Source of the DNA: Selaginella moellendorffii
Lineage: Eukaryota; Plantae; Lycopodiophyta
DNA length: 64,000 bases
NCBI RefSeq assembly: GCF_000143415.4
Contig: NW_003314322.1
Span: forward strand, 745,430-809,429
Direction: 5' to 3'
Positions 22,752 to 36,082 of this stretch are shown here, piece after piece (within the stretch, counting starts at the first letter, position 1; every line of letters begins with the position of its first letter). Under the pieces are notes generated by a model. That model had not been told where the DNA came from. It did no database searches and saw only the letters and a list, made by a program, of their open reading frames with translations. A program made the translations under genes and the position numbers.

Positions 22752-25700
22752 TCAAGTTCTCAGGATGTTTGAGCTAAACAAAGACAGGCATTCATTGTCC
22801 AAGTTCACTGCAAAGTTCTAAAAAACTCCAGTCCATTTTTTCGCTTGTGGTTGTAGCATCTTTACAGTGAAAGCAAATAAAGCTAGTTCTAGGGTGGAAC
22901 ATATCTAGATCGCAAGCGTGGCGGAAGTTTATACATCAAACTCCAAAAGTGTCAAGCTCGATGGGCCAGTTTTTTCAGTTTACATTTGCCACACCACTAA
23001 GACAATGACAATGCGATGCACGCACACCAATTCCAGCTTGTTTGCGCTTTTGTTTTCTTCCACCTGGACTAAGTCTTGGTTTTAAGATGCTCTACTTCAA
23101 TTGTAACTATTCGTTGTTAAAGTAATTTGAGACGAGGAACTTGGGACGAAGCAAGAGTCCTCCAAACTTAAACGCGGTAATAAAAGCCTTTTGCTGGCTT
23201 TTATTGAATGCTCAAGTTCAATGGGATCATGCAAGCTCGGTGACTTTGCACTGAACTTCTCTTTGTTAACTTAACGATAGCATGGATGTCTATGCGAATT
23301 TAAGCTTTGCCAGCCAAGTCTAGTGAGGATGGAATGGACATTTGAAGATCTGGAGATGTCCAAAACTTTGTGCTCGCAATAAGAATTGCGGTTCTTGCAG
23401 TAGCTTTGAGTGCTCTTTGTCCATCTACACTGAGACAAAGTCATGAATTGCAATCGGGTTTTTCTTCCATGGAAAGATTCCTTTGCGTTTGTTTAGATTG
23501 AGCTTTCGAACAATTCTTAGCACAACTCATGACTCTTTTTAATGTTGTTCTTCCATTTGACTGGGATGCATCAACACATAAGCACTATCCTCCTTGTCTA
23601 TTTCCAGCGAAAGATCTTTCAAAACCGGCGAGTCTTTTTGCTGATGCTAGCTCCCTGTTCTGGACTAAACATCGCTTATCTTAATCCGTTTGGCTGATTA
23701 GAAAACCATACGTCCTGACGAGGCCGCATATTCCACCCCGGAGCTTTGACACAGACTCCCTTATCTCTTCCCCAAGACGACGAAAGCCTCCCAACCACAC
23801 CAAACAAAGCGTTCAAAGTTGGTCCTGGGGCTTAAACAAATTAAAGCATCCAAATTGTATGGCCCAGCCCACAAACACATAAAAAACTAGCTCTTAATAT
23901 CTTAGCACTGTTTGTGCACGGGCTCTTTGATAGAGTGATGGCGAGAAAAACCTCTAATCTATGATCTATCAAAAGCAATGGGAGTTTGTAGCGGTTTTCT
24001 CTGCATCGTAGAAGTTAACAACAAGACAACTCTGCGCTGCTGTCGGTCAAAAGGGGTGTGAGAGCTCTGATTCCACCGCCGGAAAAAGATAGAGCTTGGA
24101 GCTCAAGCGAGCCACAGGGATGGAGCACGCGGGCAGTCCCCGTTGTGCCAGGCAAGGATTCAGGGGGTCCTCAGCAAGGATTAACAAAAGATATATACTC
24201 CAAATCCATCTCTTTCTCTCCTCACATTGCCCAATCTGGGGAATTTCCAAGGCTTTGCGTGACTGGGACTCAACACACACACACACTCCTGCACTTCCAC
24301 CAGGGAATCCGGGGTTCTCCATTACTCGAGCCGTGATCTCATCCTCCTCCTCAAGCTTTGAATCTCTCTCTTGTGATTCGAGAAGATTTTGCAGGAGCAA
24401 AGCAAAGAAACTTAATCATCTCGATCTAGAAACCTGGGGCTTTGGGAAACCCCTCGCTCGAGGCATCAATCAGCTACAAAAAGATTGGAGACCAAAAAAG
24501 AAGGCCCATTTTTGTAAGTGTAAAGGTTCGTATCAATCAATCACTCGTGGGTCAAGCCCGGTTCAAACGAGAATATCCAGGGGCATTTGCCCGTTAGATA
24601 ATATTCCCTTCCATGTGTGCATGCATGCATGCATGTATGGGTCTCCTGTATGACCCATGCATGTGCCATGGCATGTCTGGCATGAAGCCTACATCACTGC
24701 GGAGACTGTCGAGTTTCCAGCCGACGCCACCGGCGGGTTCCCGGCGAGTGCGCCGCAAAAATTGTCGGGCCAGGTGGCGGCGGCCCACCGAGCATGAGAA
24801 AAGAGACAAAAGCAAAGCTCCCCTATTCTATCTCCCTGTCTGGAGGATTGCTAGACTTTTGCTCCAAGGCTGGATAGATGGCGGTGGAAACTTCTCACAA
24901 ATTCCAATACTTTTCCATCCAGTGGTGGGAGGATTTTTTGTTTCCCAGGCATTGGAAACCAGCCACGAAGATTGAGGATGTTTCCAGATGATCCAGGTGT
25001 ATGTGCGGAAAGCAAGCAAATGCAAATGCAAACCAACGAGCGGAAAAAAGAAATTCGTTATTGCTGCTTGTTGCTGGCGTGCGTGTGATTCCCACTGCCT
25101 GCCCCTTTGCGCCTCTGCGGCGACCGCGTTCGATCGACAGCAAACGATTGCAAATTTGACCAGCATCGGAAAAAACTATGAGTAAATCACCGTCTAAGTC
25201 TAAGCGCCCCTTTTTCGCAGTAAGACACTTGGACATGGCAGAGAACAACGCGCGTAAAGCTTCAAAAGGGCCTTGCAGAGGTCACATTTTGGCGCTCCAC
25301 TGTGGGGATTCCTACAGCGACCTGGAAATCATTCGCAAGATCAATCGAATTTGGTGACGCGCGAGAGGAGATTCGCTTGAAAATGCCATGGGTTATGGGT
25401 GAGATGGCATGGGCATGAGTGATATACCATCCCATGACATCATGACCCATGGATGCTGATGATTTGCCATCATCATGATTGGCCATGTCTGGCCATGCTA
25501 TCACGACCGTCCGTCCTTGACTGAGAACGTCCCACGTACACACAGCACACGCGCGCGGGGACCTCGACGCTCGCCCGATCCCTCGCATCGTCATCGTCCA
25601 CCCAGCCTACAAGAAACCATAGGAAATGCTTTTTGATCAAATTAGATGCCACCTAATCTCTCAACTGAGAAGCATAGAATAATATCCTGAGGATTCACTT

Positions 25701-27692
25701 CATGGTTATGGTCTCAATTGTGTATAATTGTGTATTTTCTATTTTCTATTTTCTCAGGTGAAGTGCTGAGTGGCGCTTGCCCTGCGTTTCCAGTAAAAAC
25801 AAGAAAAGCGGGCACCCACCGCCTCATTCGGTTCCGAAGGATCGGTTGATTTGGTTTTGCAATGGTTTCGAGGCAAAGGGAAAACTACTCACTATATTAC
25901 CTTTGGTTGTTAAACTAAAAGTATAAACAAGAGGATCATGACAAGGAGAGAACATGCTGATCGATCATACAATAGCTTAGACGATTATCATTTTCTCTCA
26001 CACTCACACACACAGCCTCTAAGCTGGTGGGAGGGGATGATGAAAGGTTGGTGGTGACATTATGCCAGCACAATCACACGGCGTCCGTACAGCGCCCGTC
26101 TCAACCGAACACTTTCACCGCGCCAGGAACCCTAATTCCGGAATCAATGCGCGGAGAGCGATGGCTGCCACCCCTCCGGAGGATGGAAATCGTGGAATGG
26201 GAATGGAAGGGGATGGAATCGATGGATGGGCGGGGAGGAGATTTGAATCATGACCGGGCCTTGGGTCTCACACCTAAGGAATTGTGTCCGCCCCGTACGA
26301 TTGGGCTAGGAAACGAGCAAAGGAGATAGATAGAACCCTAACAGGGTCAGGGTGGTGGTGGTAGTCCCGTACGCGAGAACTGAAGCATCAAATCAGAACG
26401 AGTGGGGCTTTTCACATGAGAATCTGGTGAAATCAACGTGCATTCAATCACCAGGGCCAACCTGGGTTAAGGACTAGGCCACCTTTTTATGTTGGTAATT
26501 AGGCCTTCTTTAACCCTTCTATTTTACCATGAGCATCAAACTTACATGAGACCCGACCGACTCTCCGTCAATGGCTACCCATGTTCTCTAGAGAAACTAT
26601 AGGCCGGAATATGCCTGGGAGCGAGAGGTCTCGCGCTCGATTCCCATCCCATTGCCAGCCGGAACGCACATAGAAAACGGGCATAAGTATATGTTCTATG
26701 GCACTGCTTAGAGTTTTGTTTGTCTAGTTGTCTGGATCGAGCTTTTTTTCCTTGCTAGCAATAGTTCTTCCTTTCGATCCATGGGATGGATCCATCGAGA
26801 GGGCGTGCTAGATTGATTCATCCACAAGTGCCGAAAGATTAGCCAAGCGAGACCACATTTTGCTTCTGATCGATCGATCTATGGCACAAGGCACGGACTT
26901 TGGATGGAAGAGAGCGGACGCCACCGAGAGATGGGACACAGTCGTAGCCATCTAAGCGGGCGAGCGAGCGAGCGATCGAGGAGGGAGCTTTTCTGGCGCG
27001 CTCTTCTTTTCCTTCCAGTGGATTCTGATTGATTTCTCTTTGTCTGTCGATTTGGGGGAAGAACAGAGAGGATAGGACGTCCTGAGCGCTTGGAAGGCTT
27101 TTTAGAGGTGTGCGCTGTGCCGCTGTGTCAGTCGAGGACGATCGAGATACCGATCGAGATTGATCGATCCATCGCCATCACGCTCGCGCAATAGCCGGAG
27201 GAGTATCCGGATCCGAGACCCAGTGGCAGAAATCCCCTGCCATTTGTTCCCTCGATCATCATCTCCCTTTCAGAAGGACAAACCAGCCGCAACTATAAGA
27301 TCTCGAGCGAAGAACCAGAGCTTTGGGCGATTTCTTTTCGCGCGCTAAGATAATCTCCTCCCTTTGGATCATTGTAGTGGTACCCAACGACAGCCGTGGC
27401 AGCCATCGCTGTGGCCTCCCTGCGTGTTCTTGGCTGATTTTGCTGGGTGGATAGACAACACCACCATTTGGTCCCGGCAGCGATCTTCCGGATCGTTTTG
27501 TTTTTCTGCTCTGGAGCAAGGTATGGAAGACAGACAAGAACCGATGTGATGATTCGGATTTTTGTTTGGTCTCTAAAGATCTTTCTCTCTTTCACGCAGG
27601 GGGTCTCTTTTTCCTCATCTTTCCTCAAAGAGTAAGATCCAGTCGGTCCTTGCATCGCACTTTGTTTTTGTCTCTCTTCCCCGTGAGACGAA

Positions 27693-29978
27693 ATGGGAGC
27701 CAAGCGGAGTGATTTCTGGCCGCGACAGCTGATCCGGAGGCTGCTCAAGTCCTCCGGGGATCACGAAGCGCTCAGCTGCTCTTCCGACGAGGTGATGAGC
27801 GACTATGAAACTGGTATGCCTTTGTTTTTCTCTTCTCGCTTGTGATCGATGGGAAGTTCTTGCAGATGGGTCTGCTCCTCGCGAAGTCCCGGTGATGCTG
27901 GTGCGTGGAATTTCCGAGACGCTCTTCTCGGATCACATCAACATCGAGGAAATCAAGTAAGAAGACGAAGAAAAACTCTGTTTGTTTAATGCCACTCTGT
28001 GCTTGATGACCGATCTCCTCGCTTTTGCTCTTCAATGTCTCGCTAGAGTGATGACCGCGACATGGAATGTTGCTGGACGAAGCCCACCCAGCGATCTGGA
28101 CGTGGAATCGTGGCTGGGCGCCACAACTGAGGAGGAACTAGCCGACATCTACGTGATTGGGTGAGTGATTTTTTCTTTTCTCGAAGTGACCGATGGAAGA
28201 AGAAACTCTTCTCTCGTCATCCATCTCGACCGGCAGCTCCCGAGCTCCTACTAAGAAAAATCCCGCTGTGCTCCACCAGGTTCCAAGAGGTAGTCCCGCT
28301 AAACGCTGGCAACGTTCTTGGGGGCGAGCACGAGGGCGCCGCCACGATCAAGTGGGACAACCTCATCAGCCGCGCGCTCAATCGCTCCAAATCGCCCATC
28401 GTCCCGCCCGCGGCATCGCACCACCGCCGCAGCATCTCGGTGGATCGCGTCAACCTCGCGCTGGTGGCCGATCAAATGATCACCCTCCCACCGCCGGCGG
28501 CGGCGCCGCCATCCTCCTCGTGGAAGAACAAGCGGCGATCGTCCAAGAAGAGAAACATGGTGGTGATGCCCACCAACGGCGATGGATGGTTCGCCACCGC
28601 GCTGTCGGACGAGGACGAGGCGGCGCTTCCGTCGCAGCAGGGGACGCGATACCTGCGCATTGCGAGCAAACAGATGGTGGGCATCTTCATCTCGGTGTGG
28701 GCTCGCGCGGGCATCCAGCCAGCGATCCGCAACATCAAGGTCTCGAGCGTGGGCTGTGGATTGATGGGCTATCTCGGCAACAAGGTGAGAACTCTTGCTT
28801 GGCTCTCGTCTTGATCGATAGACTCGGGAGTTTGCATTGCTTGGTTTCTTTCTTCTTTGATTTGCCTGAGTGATCTAGCCTAGCTAGCAAGAGGAGGAGG
28901 AAGAACTGACTGTTCTTGGGCAGGGATCAATCGCGGTGAGCTTGTCCGTGCACGAGACGAGCTTTTGCTTCGTGTGCTCGCATCTCACGTCGGGAGAGAG
29001 GGAGGGCGACGAGCTGCGCAGGAATGCCGACGTTACGGAGATTCTCCGCCGAACGTGTTTCCATCGCCCAAAGCTCACCTGGCCCGAGATGCCAGAGACA
29101 ATCATGGGACACGAGTGAGTTCCCTCGAATCCATTCCCCATATCCATATCCTCGCATTCTTCTTCTTCATTCATTCATTCATTGACAAACAAAAAGCACT
29201 AACTTTTTCTCCTTTTTCTTTCTGTCTTCTTTCAGTCGGATCATCTGGCTCGGCGACCTCAACTATCGGATAGCTCTGCCGGATGCTCAGACCCGGCTGC
29301 TCATTTCCAGACGAGATTGGCAAACGCTTCTGCGGCGCGACCAGGTAACGTGTGCACCGTGCTTTACTTTTCTTCGCGGCCCAGAGCTGGATTTCTTATA
29401 CTTGTTGTTTGCTCTCGCCTTGCAGCTGAGGACGGAGAAGATGGCAGGGAGAGTTTTCGATGGCTGGCAAGAGGGCTGCATTGAATTCCCGCCAACTTAC
29501 AAGTACGTGATTAACTCCGACCGATACTCTGGCCTGCTGCTCAAAGCTGGCGAGAAACGAAGAACGCCTGCCTGGTAAGAATGAATCACAGCTCTCATCC
29601 GTGGCATGAAAGGAAAGAATATAAACTTTTGTGTGCTACCTGTATATAGGTGCGATCGAATACTTTGGTACGGGAAAGGACTGAGGCAGCTCGAGTACCG
29701 GAGATCCGAGTCCAGGTTCTCCGACCACCGCCCCGTGTCCGCAGTTTTCCTAGCCGAGGTGGACGTGTTGGAGGACTCCAAGCTCAAGAGACTGTGGAGC
29801 TTCTCCAAGGCGAACGAAAACCTTCTCGCTTTCACGGAGCCGAGCAAGGGCCTCGGCAATCAGCAGCAAAGCAACGACTCTGAGGTGCGTGGAAGTATTC
29901 CTTCCAGTCGTTGTTCCTTGTTCTCAGCCTCTCTTTCTTCTTTCTTGGCAGGTTGTATCGGCCATACCTGTGTTCTGA
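27693..29978 (+). CDS. Type I inositol polyphosphate 5-phosphatase (CVP2-like), multi-exon
   Basis: TWNVAG, DIYVIG|[28 protein letters not shown]|[23 protein letters not shown]|CDRILW, SDHRPV. Confidence 0.95.
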
Positions 29979-30364
29979 GGTTCAAAACCATTGACAGGCA
30001 AAACAAATTAGTTCCTTCCGGAAGTGAAGACCGAAGTGCTCACTCATTCACTCGATCACGTCTTGTACATTCTTCTCTTTTTCTTCTTTCTGTGAAAGGT
30101 AGTCTGACCGAGCCGGAAAGCAATGTAAAATATAGCCAGGAGTTCCGGGGCAGCAGTCTTTTTCGAGGGAAGATTTGTTTCTCTCTGGCTGCCTACAACA
30201 TCCTTGTAATCTGCTCTACTGCCATCTAACACAAGTAGAGTTTAAGAAAGAAAAAGAAAAAAAAAAATGTACCTAGCCTTTCGCTGGTTGCTTCCAGTCT
30301 CACAAAAGCTTTCTAGAAGCTGCAAAGAGCAAACAACAACAGTTAATTCGCGAATGATTTTATT

Positions 30365-31851
30365 TCAAGTATCTGTATGGATCAGTCTCTCTAGGACGAG
30401 CTCGAGAACTTTTGGTGCGTCCACGGTCCAGGCCACATCGACATGGGGCCTCCCAACCCACGGATTCAGGCCGTTCCACCTACAGTGACAAGCTCGTTAT
30501 ACTTGGCAACAGAAGTGAGAAAGACATGGAGAAACAACAAACTTCTTAAGTCCCATGTCGAACAGTGTGTACCCCCTACAAACTCCCAAAGTTTCCACCC
30601 GCAAGGCTCCGGATTTATAGGAAAAGTAGGATGGTGCGATCAGAGCAGCCAAACACGTAGGGCCATGAACATATATGCCTGCGAATGCCGTCTGGTTTGA
30701 GAACAAACAAGAATAGCTTTTACCATCGAAGAGATCCGACTTCTTGTGCCATTCTCTGTAGAATTTGCACATCTCGTGCAGAGACCTTTTAGATTCCGTT
30801 GAGGAGTCACTCAGCTTGGACAAGTCGCGCCCTGCCAATACGAATGGAGAAAGCTTAGAAACCGTGCAGTGTTTGAACAAAGATAATTTTCCACCGTCCA
30901 AAACGACTTGAGTGCTGACGTTGATTCCAATCACGGTGATGCGAGCTCCGGACGAGAAAACCATGTCGGCAGCCTCTGGATCACAAATTACCTGTGTCAC
31001 GATCAATCAACGCAACATACACACTCTCAAGTACCGTAAGGACTTACATTGGCTTCTGACGCTGGATTCGCGTTTCCACTCGAGAAAAAGGAACCTCCCA
31101 GCACAACTACACGAGCGACCAGCTTCACAACACACTCCTCCTTTTGAAACGCCTTCAAGAAAGAGAGAAGAGGCGTCACAAGAGCCACAAGGAAAAAATC
31201 TACACCTGGGAGAGATTCGTAAGCGGTCCAAGTGCGACAATTGTGATCTCCCCTGGATACTTCGAGACTGTGTCCACGAGAAAGTCGCATGCACTCATCG
31301 CAGATTTTTTCGTGGCTGGGTCTGCCGTGGCAATGTTTCCAAGCCCATCCAGGCCATTTGCAAAGTCTTGAATGTATGGGACTCCTCCCTGCAAAGTCCA
31401 GCCTTAAGGTGAGAGAAACAAACAAAAACTTGTCAAGAACTTACTGCCATAGGCTTGATATTTCCTTCCGCGACTGGTACATGTGTCGATCCCATCACTT
31501 CAAGCTGGTAGATCGTAGTGTCATATACTTATAGGAGAAAAGAAACAACCAAGGATAAAAGAACAAGGGAAACAAAGAAACCAGATGGAGAGCGTTTCTT
31601 GTCACATCGGGAGTGTGGGCGCTTCCAAAGATGGTTGTGATTCCAATCACTTCCACTTCCGGGGAACGAAGAGCCATGATGATCGCCATAGCTGCATCTG
31701 AAAACAAACCACAGTATAAAAAAACCAAAGCCCAAACCGAAGAAAAAAGAAAAAAGTAGCTCTTACCGATGCCTGGATCGGCGTCGATAATGATCTTCGT
31801 CTTCCTGGATCGCCCAAAAGCAATCCCTTCATCGTCACACCGCTCAGGCAT
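30365..31851 (-). CDS. Inosine-uridine nucleoside hydrolase family protein (NSH1/URH-like) with degenerate active site
   Basis: IIIDADPGI|DAAMA, ITTIFGSA, ALGPLTN, VVLGGSFFSSGNANPASEAN, GIYVHGP; spliced frame appears open. Confidence 0.88.
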
Positions 31852-31966
31852 TTGATCGCGCTTTTTAGAACACCATGGGTTAAACCAAAGCCTGTAAATA
31901 TTTCATTTAACCAGTTTGTTTTTGCGTTTTTCCGTGTCGTCTAACAAAACTTCGGCTCTACAGTAG

Positions 31967-33486
31967 CTATTCCTTCTGCGGCCTCCGGCGAGGAGGAATT
32001 CCCAGCCACAGCTTCATCCCGTCGTAAACCACAAATCCAATCGCCACCGAAGGTACGATCTACAGCGACGAAGATAAAAAATGAAAGAACAGAGAAGGAC
32101 CCAGCCAGACCTTGAGGTAGTTTATAGTCACACCCGAGAACGTTTGCTTCCAGCCTTGGTTCCGCACCACCGAAGAGAGAGCGTCCAAGGTTCCCTTGAA
32201 TGCTTTCTCCTGCGTCCCACTCGCGGGTGCTGGCTGGACCTGTGTTTCGAAAAGAAAATCAATCGTCACAAAGCAAGACAACGTTGCTAAAGCTTTACCT
32301 GCATCTGCCGCCGAACAACGTCCAAGGGATACGTGAAAGTTTGTCCCACCAGACCCGCCACCGCTCCACACGCGAGTTTCGCGAAGAGAGAGTTTTCGTG
32401 CTCGCTAGACAGATGACCTTGCAGGCTTTCGTACAGGTAGAACTTGAGCCCCGCGTAAGGCAGAATTCCATACAGCGTTGGGCCTGGAAATCGAGATTAG
32501 AATGAAGGAAGCTCTGGAGGTTGCTGGAGGCTCTTACATAGTCCACGATACAACCCACGGATCCCGCTTTGCCTGTACACCGATTGGAAGACGCTACCAA
32601 GATCGCTATAAGTAGCGTGCGGATTTGTCGCCTGCGTGACACAAGAGCGGGAAGTTAAGTATGATGCTACGATGCAGCGACGATGCAACCTGGTAAGCTA
32701 ATCTGGTACGAGCAAGATCCAAAGGATATGTACAAAGAACAGCGGTACCTCCTGCCAAAGATCCGGCGAAAAGGTGAACGGAAGGCCCGGCAGAGGGACA
32801 CTTGTCGACTAACCATTGACGGTATCTCTCGTACGTCATGAAATGCAAAGCCGCGTAAGGAACTATCCTTATCACGGCTGCTCCGTTGCCTCTGCCAAAA
32901 TACACAACGTCAGCTTCACAGCACAGAGAAAAACACTCTCAATAATACATCCATCCAGTCAGCTAAAACATGAAAACTAGGCTTTCAATGCAACATAGAT
33001 TAAGGAAGCGAGGACAAATCTTTGTCCAGACAAAGCACCTTCGACCAATAATCTATGACTTCCAATCAAACTAGCAGGAAGAAGACTTCTTTTCGTTTTT
33101 CTCGGACAAACAGACAGAAGCAAAACAGAAAAGAATCGCGATGCACCTGTAGAGGCCCCAGAAGCCTTCGGTCTTATGAATGTGTCTCAACGATCGCAAA
33201 ATTCCCATGCTCTGGAAATTGCCAAGCCGGGTCTGCCACAAAAAAAATAAAAAATAAAAAAGTCCTCGTCGATTCCAAAACAAAGAGTGGAAAGAAGAGA
33301 AATATTCGCAAGTACCTGGAAAAGAATCTTGACACGCTCCAGAGGCGCCACGGCGGTCTTGGCGAAGCCGCCCGCGATGCCCCCGGCGATGAATTCCCTC
33401 ATGTAGATCGGCATGGAGTCGCGGAGGAGCACCACGCCCTTGGTGTCGTTGGCGCCATTGAGATTGAGCTCCGCTTGCCCCGTCAT
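31967..33486 (-). CDS. Mitochondrial carrier, CoA transporter (CoAc1/2)-like
   Basis: [57 protein letters not shown]: three-repeat carrier signatures. Confidence 0.9.
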
Positions 33487-33655
33487 GGCGATGGCGCTGG
33501 CGTTGGCGCTGTGCCTGCGCCCTCGGCTCCCACATTCGAAGAATTAGGGCTAAAGAGGAGATTTTAGGGATTTTTGCCCTTTGTTTTAGGGTTCTATGGA
33601 AGCAGCAGCTCGAAGCGAAGGGAGCACGAGCTCGGCGTCCTCGGAGCCTCAATCC

Positions 33656-34852
33656 ATGCTCGCGCAGGTAGAAGTCCATCTCTCTCATTCTCTCAAGCAT
33701 CTCTTTCACAGGGGGACGAGCCTCTGATTAGGGCTGCGGAATCCAGAGTCACAGACATTCTCCAGCAGTTTGTGAGAGATGTGGAGGCCCGGATTGCGTC
33801 GTCACTCAAGGAGGCGGCCAGCGACGTGGTGTCGCATTTGGGAAAGGAGGCGGCGTCGAGATTAGTCGCTGCCGAGAGGAAGGTGGCGTTTCTGGAGCAG
33901 GAGCTCGTCGGCGCCAAGGAGCAAGCCTTGTCGATGCTGCTCCGGCTCAAGCATCACACTGATTCTCAGGTGATGTAGGTAATTCTCGCTAGAAATCCCC
34001 GTGCTGTGCTGAAGCTCTTGGAGCTTTTGCTTTTCTTCTTTGCAGATTTTGGATCTCGAGAAGCTCCTCGTGGCTGAGAGGAGACGAGCCGACGATGCCG
34101 AGGCCAAAGTCGCGGCTTTGCACGAGACGCTGAGGCGTGCCAAGAGAAAAGGTGGGGGAGAATGTACGAGTGGAAGAGGAGGAGGAGTAAAGCACTCCCA
34201 CTCTGGAGAGGCGACAGTGAACCAGGAGGAGATGTCCGACAGCCTCGCGCTCATAGCCGGTGTGGCCTGCGACGTGATGCAGCAGCCCAAGAACAACAAC
34301 GAACAGTCCGACCAAGACAACGATTGTTCTTCGCTCTCGGAAAAGCTGAGAAACTCGGAGGAGCTGGAGGGTGACGAGCGCGAGAGCCCAAGCCACAACG
34401 CCAGCGTCGCCGCCAACGTCAGCACACGGAAGAGGAAGAGGAAGTCGAGATCTATTGCGGAGGAGCGGCAGCGGCAGCCCGAGGCCTCGGCGGACGAGCA
34501 TAAGAGCGAGGACGAGGAGGACAACGACGACGACGACGCCTCGGTCGAGAACGGGGATTCGAGCGAGAGGAAGAGGCCGGCCTCTGCGCGGCAGCAGCGA
34601 AACTCCAAGCGGAAGAGCAGGCAGATTTCTACGTCGGAGAAGCTGACCCGGTTGATGGTCGGGAGCAAACGAGCTCGGGGAAAGGCCGGTCGAGCGGACA
34701 AGAAATCGGCCTCGGTGCCCGAGTCTTCCTCTCGGGATAGCCGGAGACTAATGCAAGGTGCTCGCCAGGTACACGAAACCAGAACGGTGCTTTAGCTTGG
34801 CTGACTTTCGTTTTTCAAGCAGCTCTTCTCCATGGCCGAGAAGAAATGGTGA
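33656..34852 (+). CDS. Conserved plant coiled-coil protein of unknown function
   Basis: KEAASRLVAAERK..AKEQALSMLLRLK and C-terminal ESSSRDSRRLMQGARQ|LFSMAEKKW* resemble an uncharacterised land-plant family; GT-AG introns. Confidence 0.75.
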
Positions 34853-34928
34853 TGGACGAAACAAAGCTCAACTCGCGAGCAGTCAAGAGCAGCTAGAACG
34901 AACCCTCTCTAGCGAGGTGGTGGTGGTG

Positions 34929-35294
34929 TCACTCGTAGAACTTTTGGACGGAGGCCTTTGCTCGCAGCACTTGGGACCTGAATTGAGATGTGGCTTTTGG
35001 ATTCGAGAGGTACTTGTCGTATACATTTGGATCCGGTTTGAGATGATCATCGTGGACGCCTTCTTCTCCTTCGGCAGCTACACGGTCACAGAAAGCGAGT
35101 GAGATGATCGAAGAGAAGAAATCTTTCGGGGCGAGCTTATCGTGATTGGTGCTGCTAAGTTTGTCGAGAGCACCATTGTCACCGTTCTTCGTAGGAGGCG
35201 GCGAAGAGCTGTTCTTGGGTCGCGAAGAAAAGCGAATCCCTGTGAATGTGAGAGCACCACCGATCAAGCCACCGCCGCTTCTCGTCGCGATCAT
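34929..35294 (-). CDS. Hypothetical 121-aa protein
   Basis: ATG-initiated ORF filling the gap between two genes, with an organelle-targeting-like N-terminus. No homology recognised. Confidence 0.4.
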   Translation of the reverse strand: MIATRSGGGLIGGALTFTGIRFSSRPKNSSSPPPTKNGDNGALDKLSSTNHDKLAPKDFFSSIISLAFCDRVAAEGEEGVHDDHLKPDPNVYDKYLSNPKATSQFRSQVLRAKASVQKFYE

Positions 35295-35443
35295 TACGAA
35301 ATGGAAAGTATGAATTGGAGGAGATCGTGGCCGTCCATTCCGCTTCCCTTGCCAAGTGGCAAATCCGACGTGGCTCGTACTTTCAGCTGAATCGGCTAAC
35401 CACCAGGAGCCCTAAAATTCCGTGGAGGAGCCATGCTACTATC

Positions 35444-35968
35444 ATGGTGCGTGACTTCCCCTCTCTTTTTTCCCTCTTTGATTCTCACAGGGAGGATCTT
35501 TCATAGAGTGAAGCTCAAGGGGCATTGAGTCGAATCAATGGCTTGCGGGTATGGAGATTGCTCGATCGCACAGGCATTTCTTATTGGACTTCGACTTGTG
35601 TAGGATGTGATTGGAACAATGATTGTAGCAGCGAATGGAAACGTATTGCGAACTACACTGCCTCAGGTAAGAGGAGAGATCAATCACATCCGGATCAAGG
35701 AGTTCTCCCACCTTGTGTCTACTAGGATCTGGCTTTCAAGTATGCGACGAAGATCCCGAGCTTGGCAGCCATGGCTCGCAGCGGCGTTCGCGAGCTCGAC
35801 CCCCAGAATGATCTCCAGATGCTGAGGATAAAGACGCTGCTTCACGAGATAATTGTCATAGCCGAGCCTCTGTTCACGCTCTTGGTGGTCCAGAATTGCA
35901 AGGAGAAAGACCCAACGCCCGAGAGCTCTTCTTCACCCGACGAGGACAAAGAATCGTCCAGCGAGTAG
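35444..35968 (+). CDS. Dynein light chain roadblock/LC7 family
   Basis: M|SEAQGALSRINGLR|DVIGTMIVAANGNVLRTTL..|..ARSGVRELDPQNDLQMLRIKTLLHEIIV..TLLVVQN. Confidence 0.88.
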
Positions 35969-36082
35969 CTCGACCGCCTCCACTAGAAGTTTTCTCGAGA
36001 AAAAAATGCACCTGTACACTGTTGCTTCATCGTCGTCATGGTTTGGAAATCCTGTAGAGAAAGCCACTCACAATGACGCGAA

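Noticed and set aside
24047-26329. Cluster of 60-185 aa ORFs in the long intergenic region
   Set aside because: No motifs, codon pattern or splice-consistent structure.
26612-26650. tRNA-Pro-like 3' fragment (tgggagcgagaggtctcgcgctcgattc)
   Set aside because: No 5' half and a broken T arm; could be chance.
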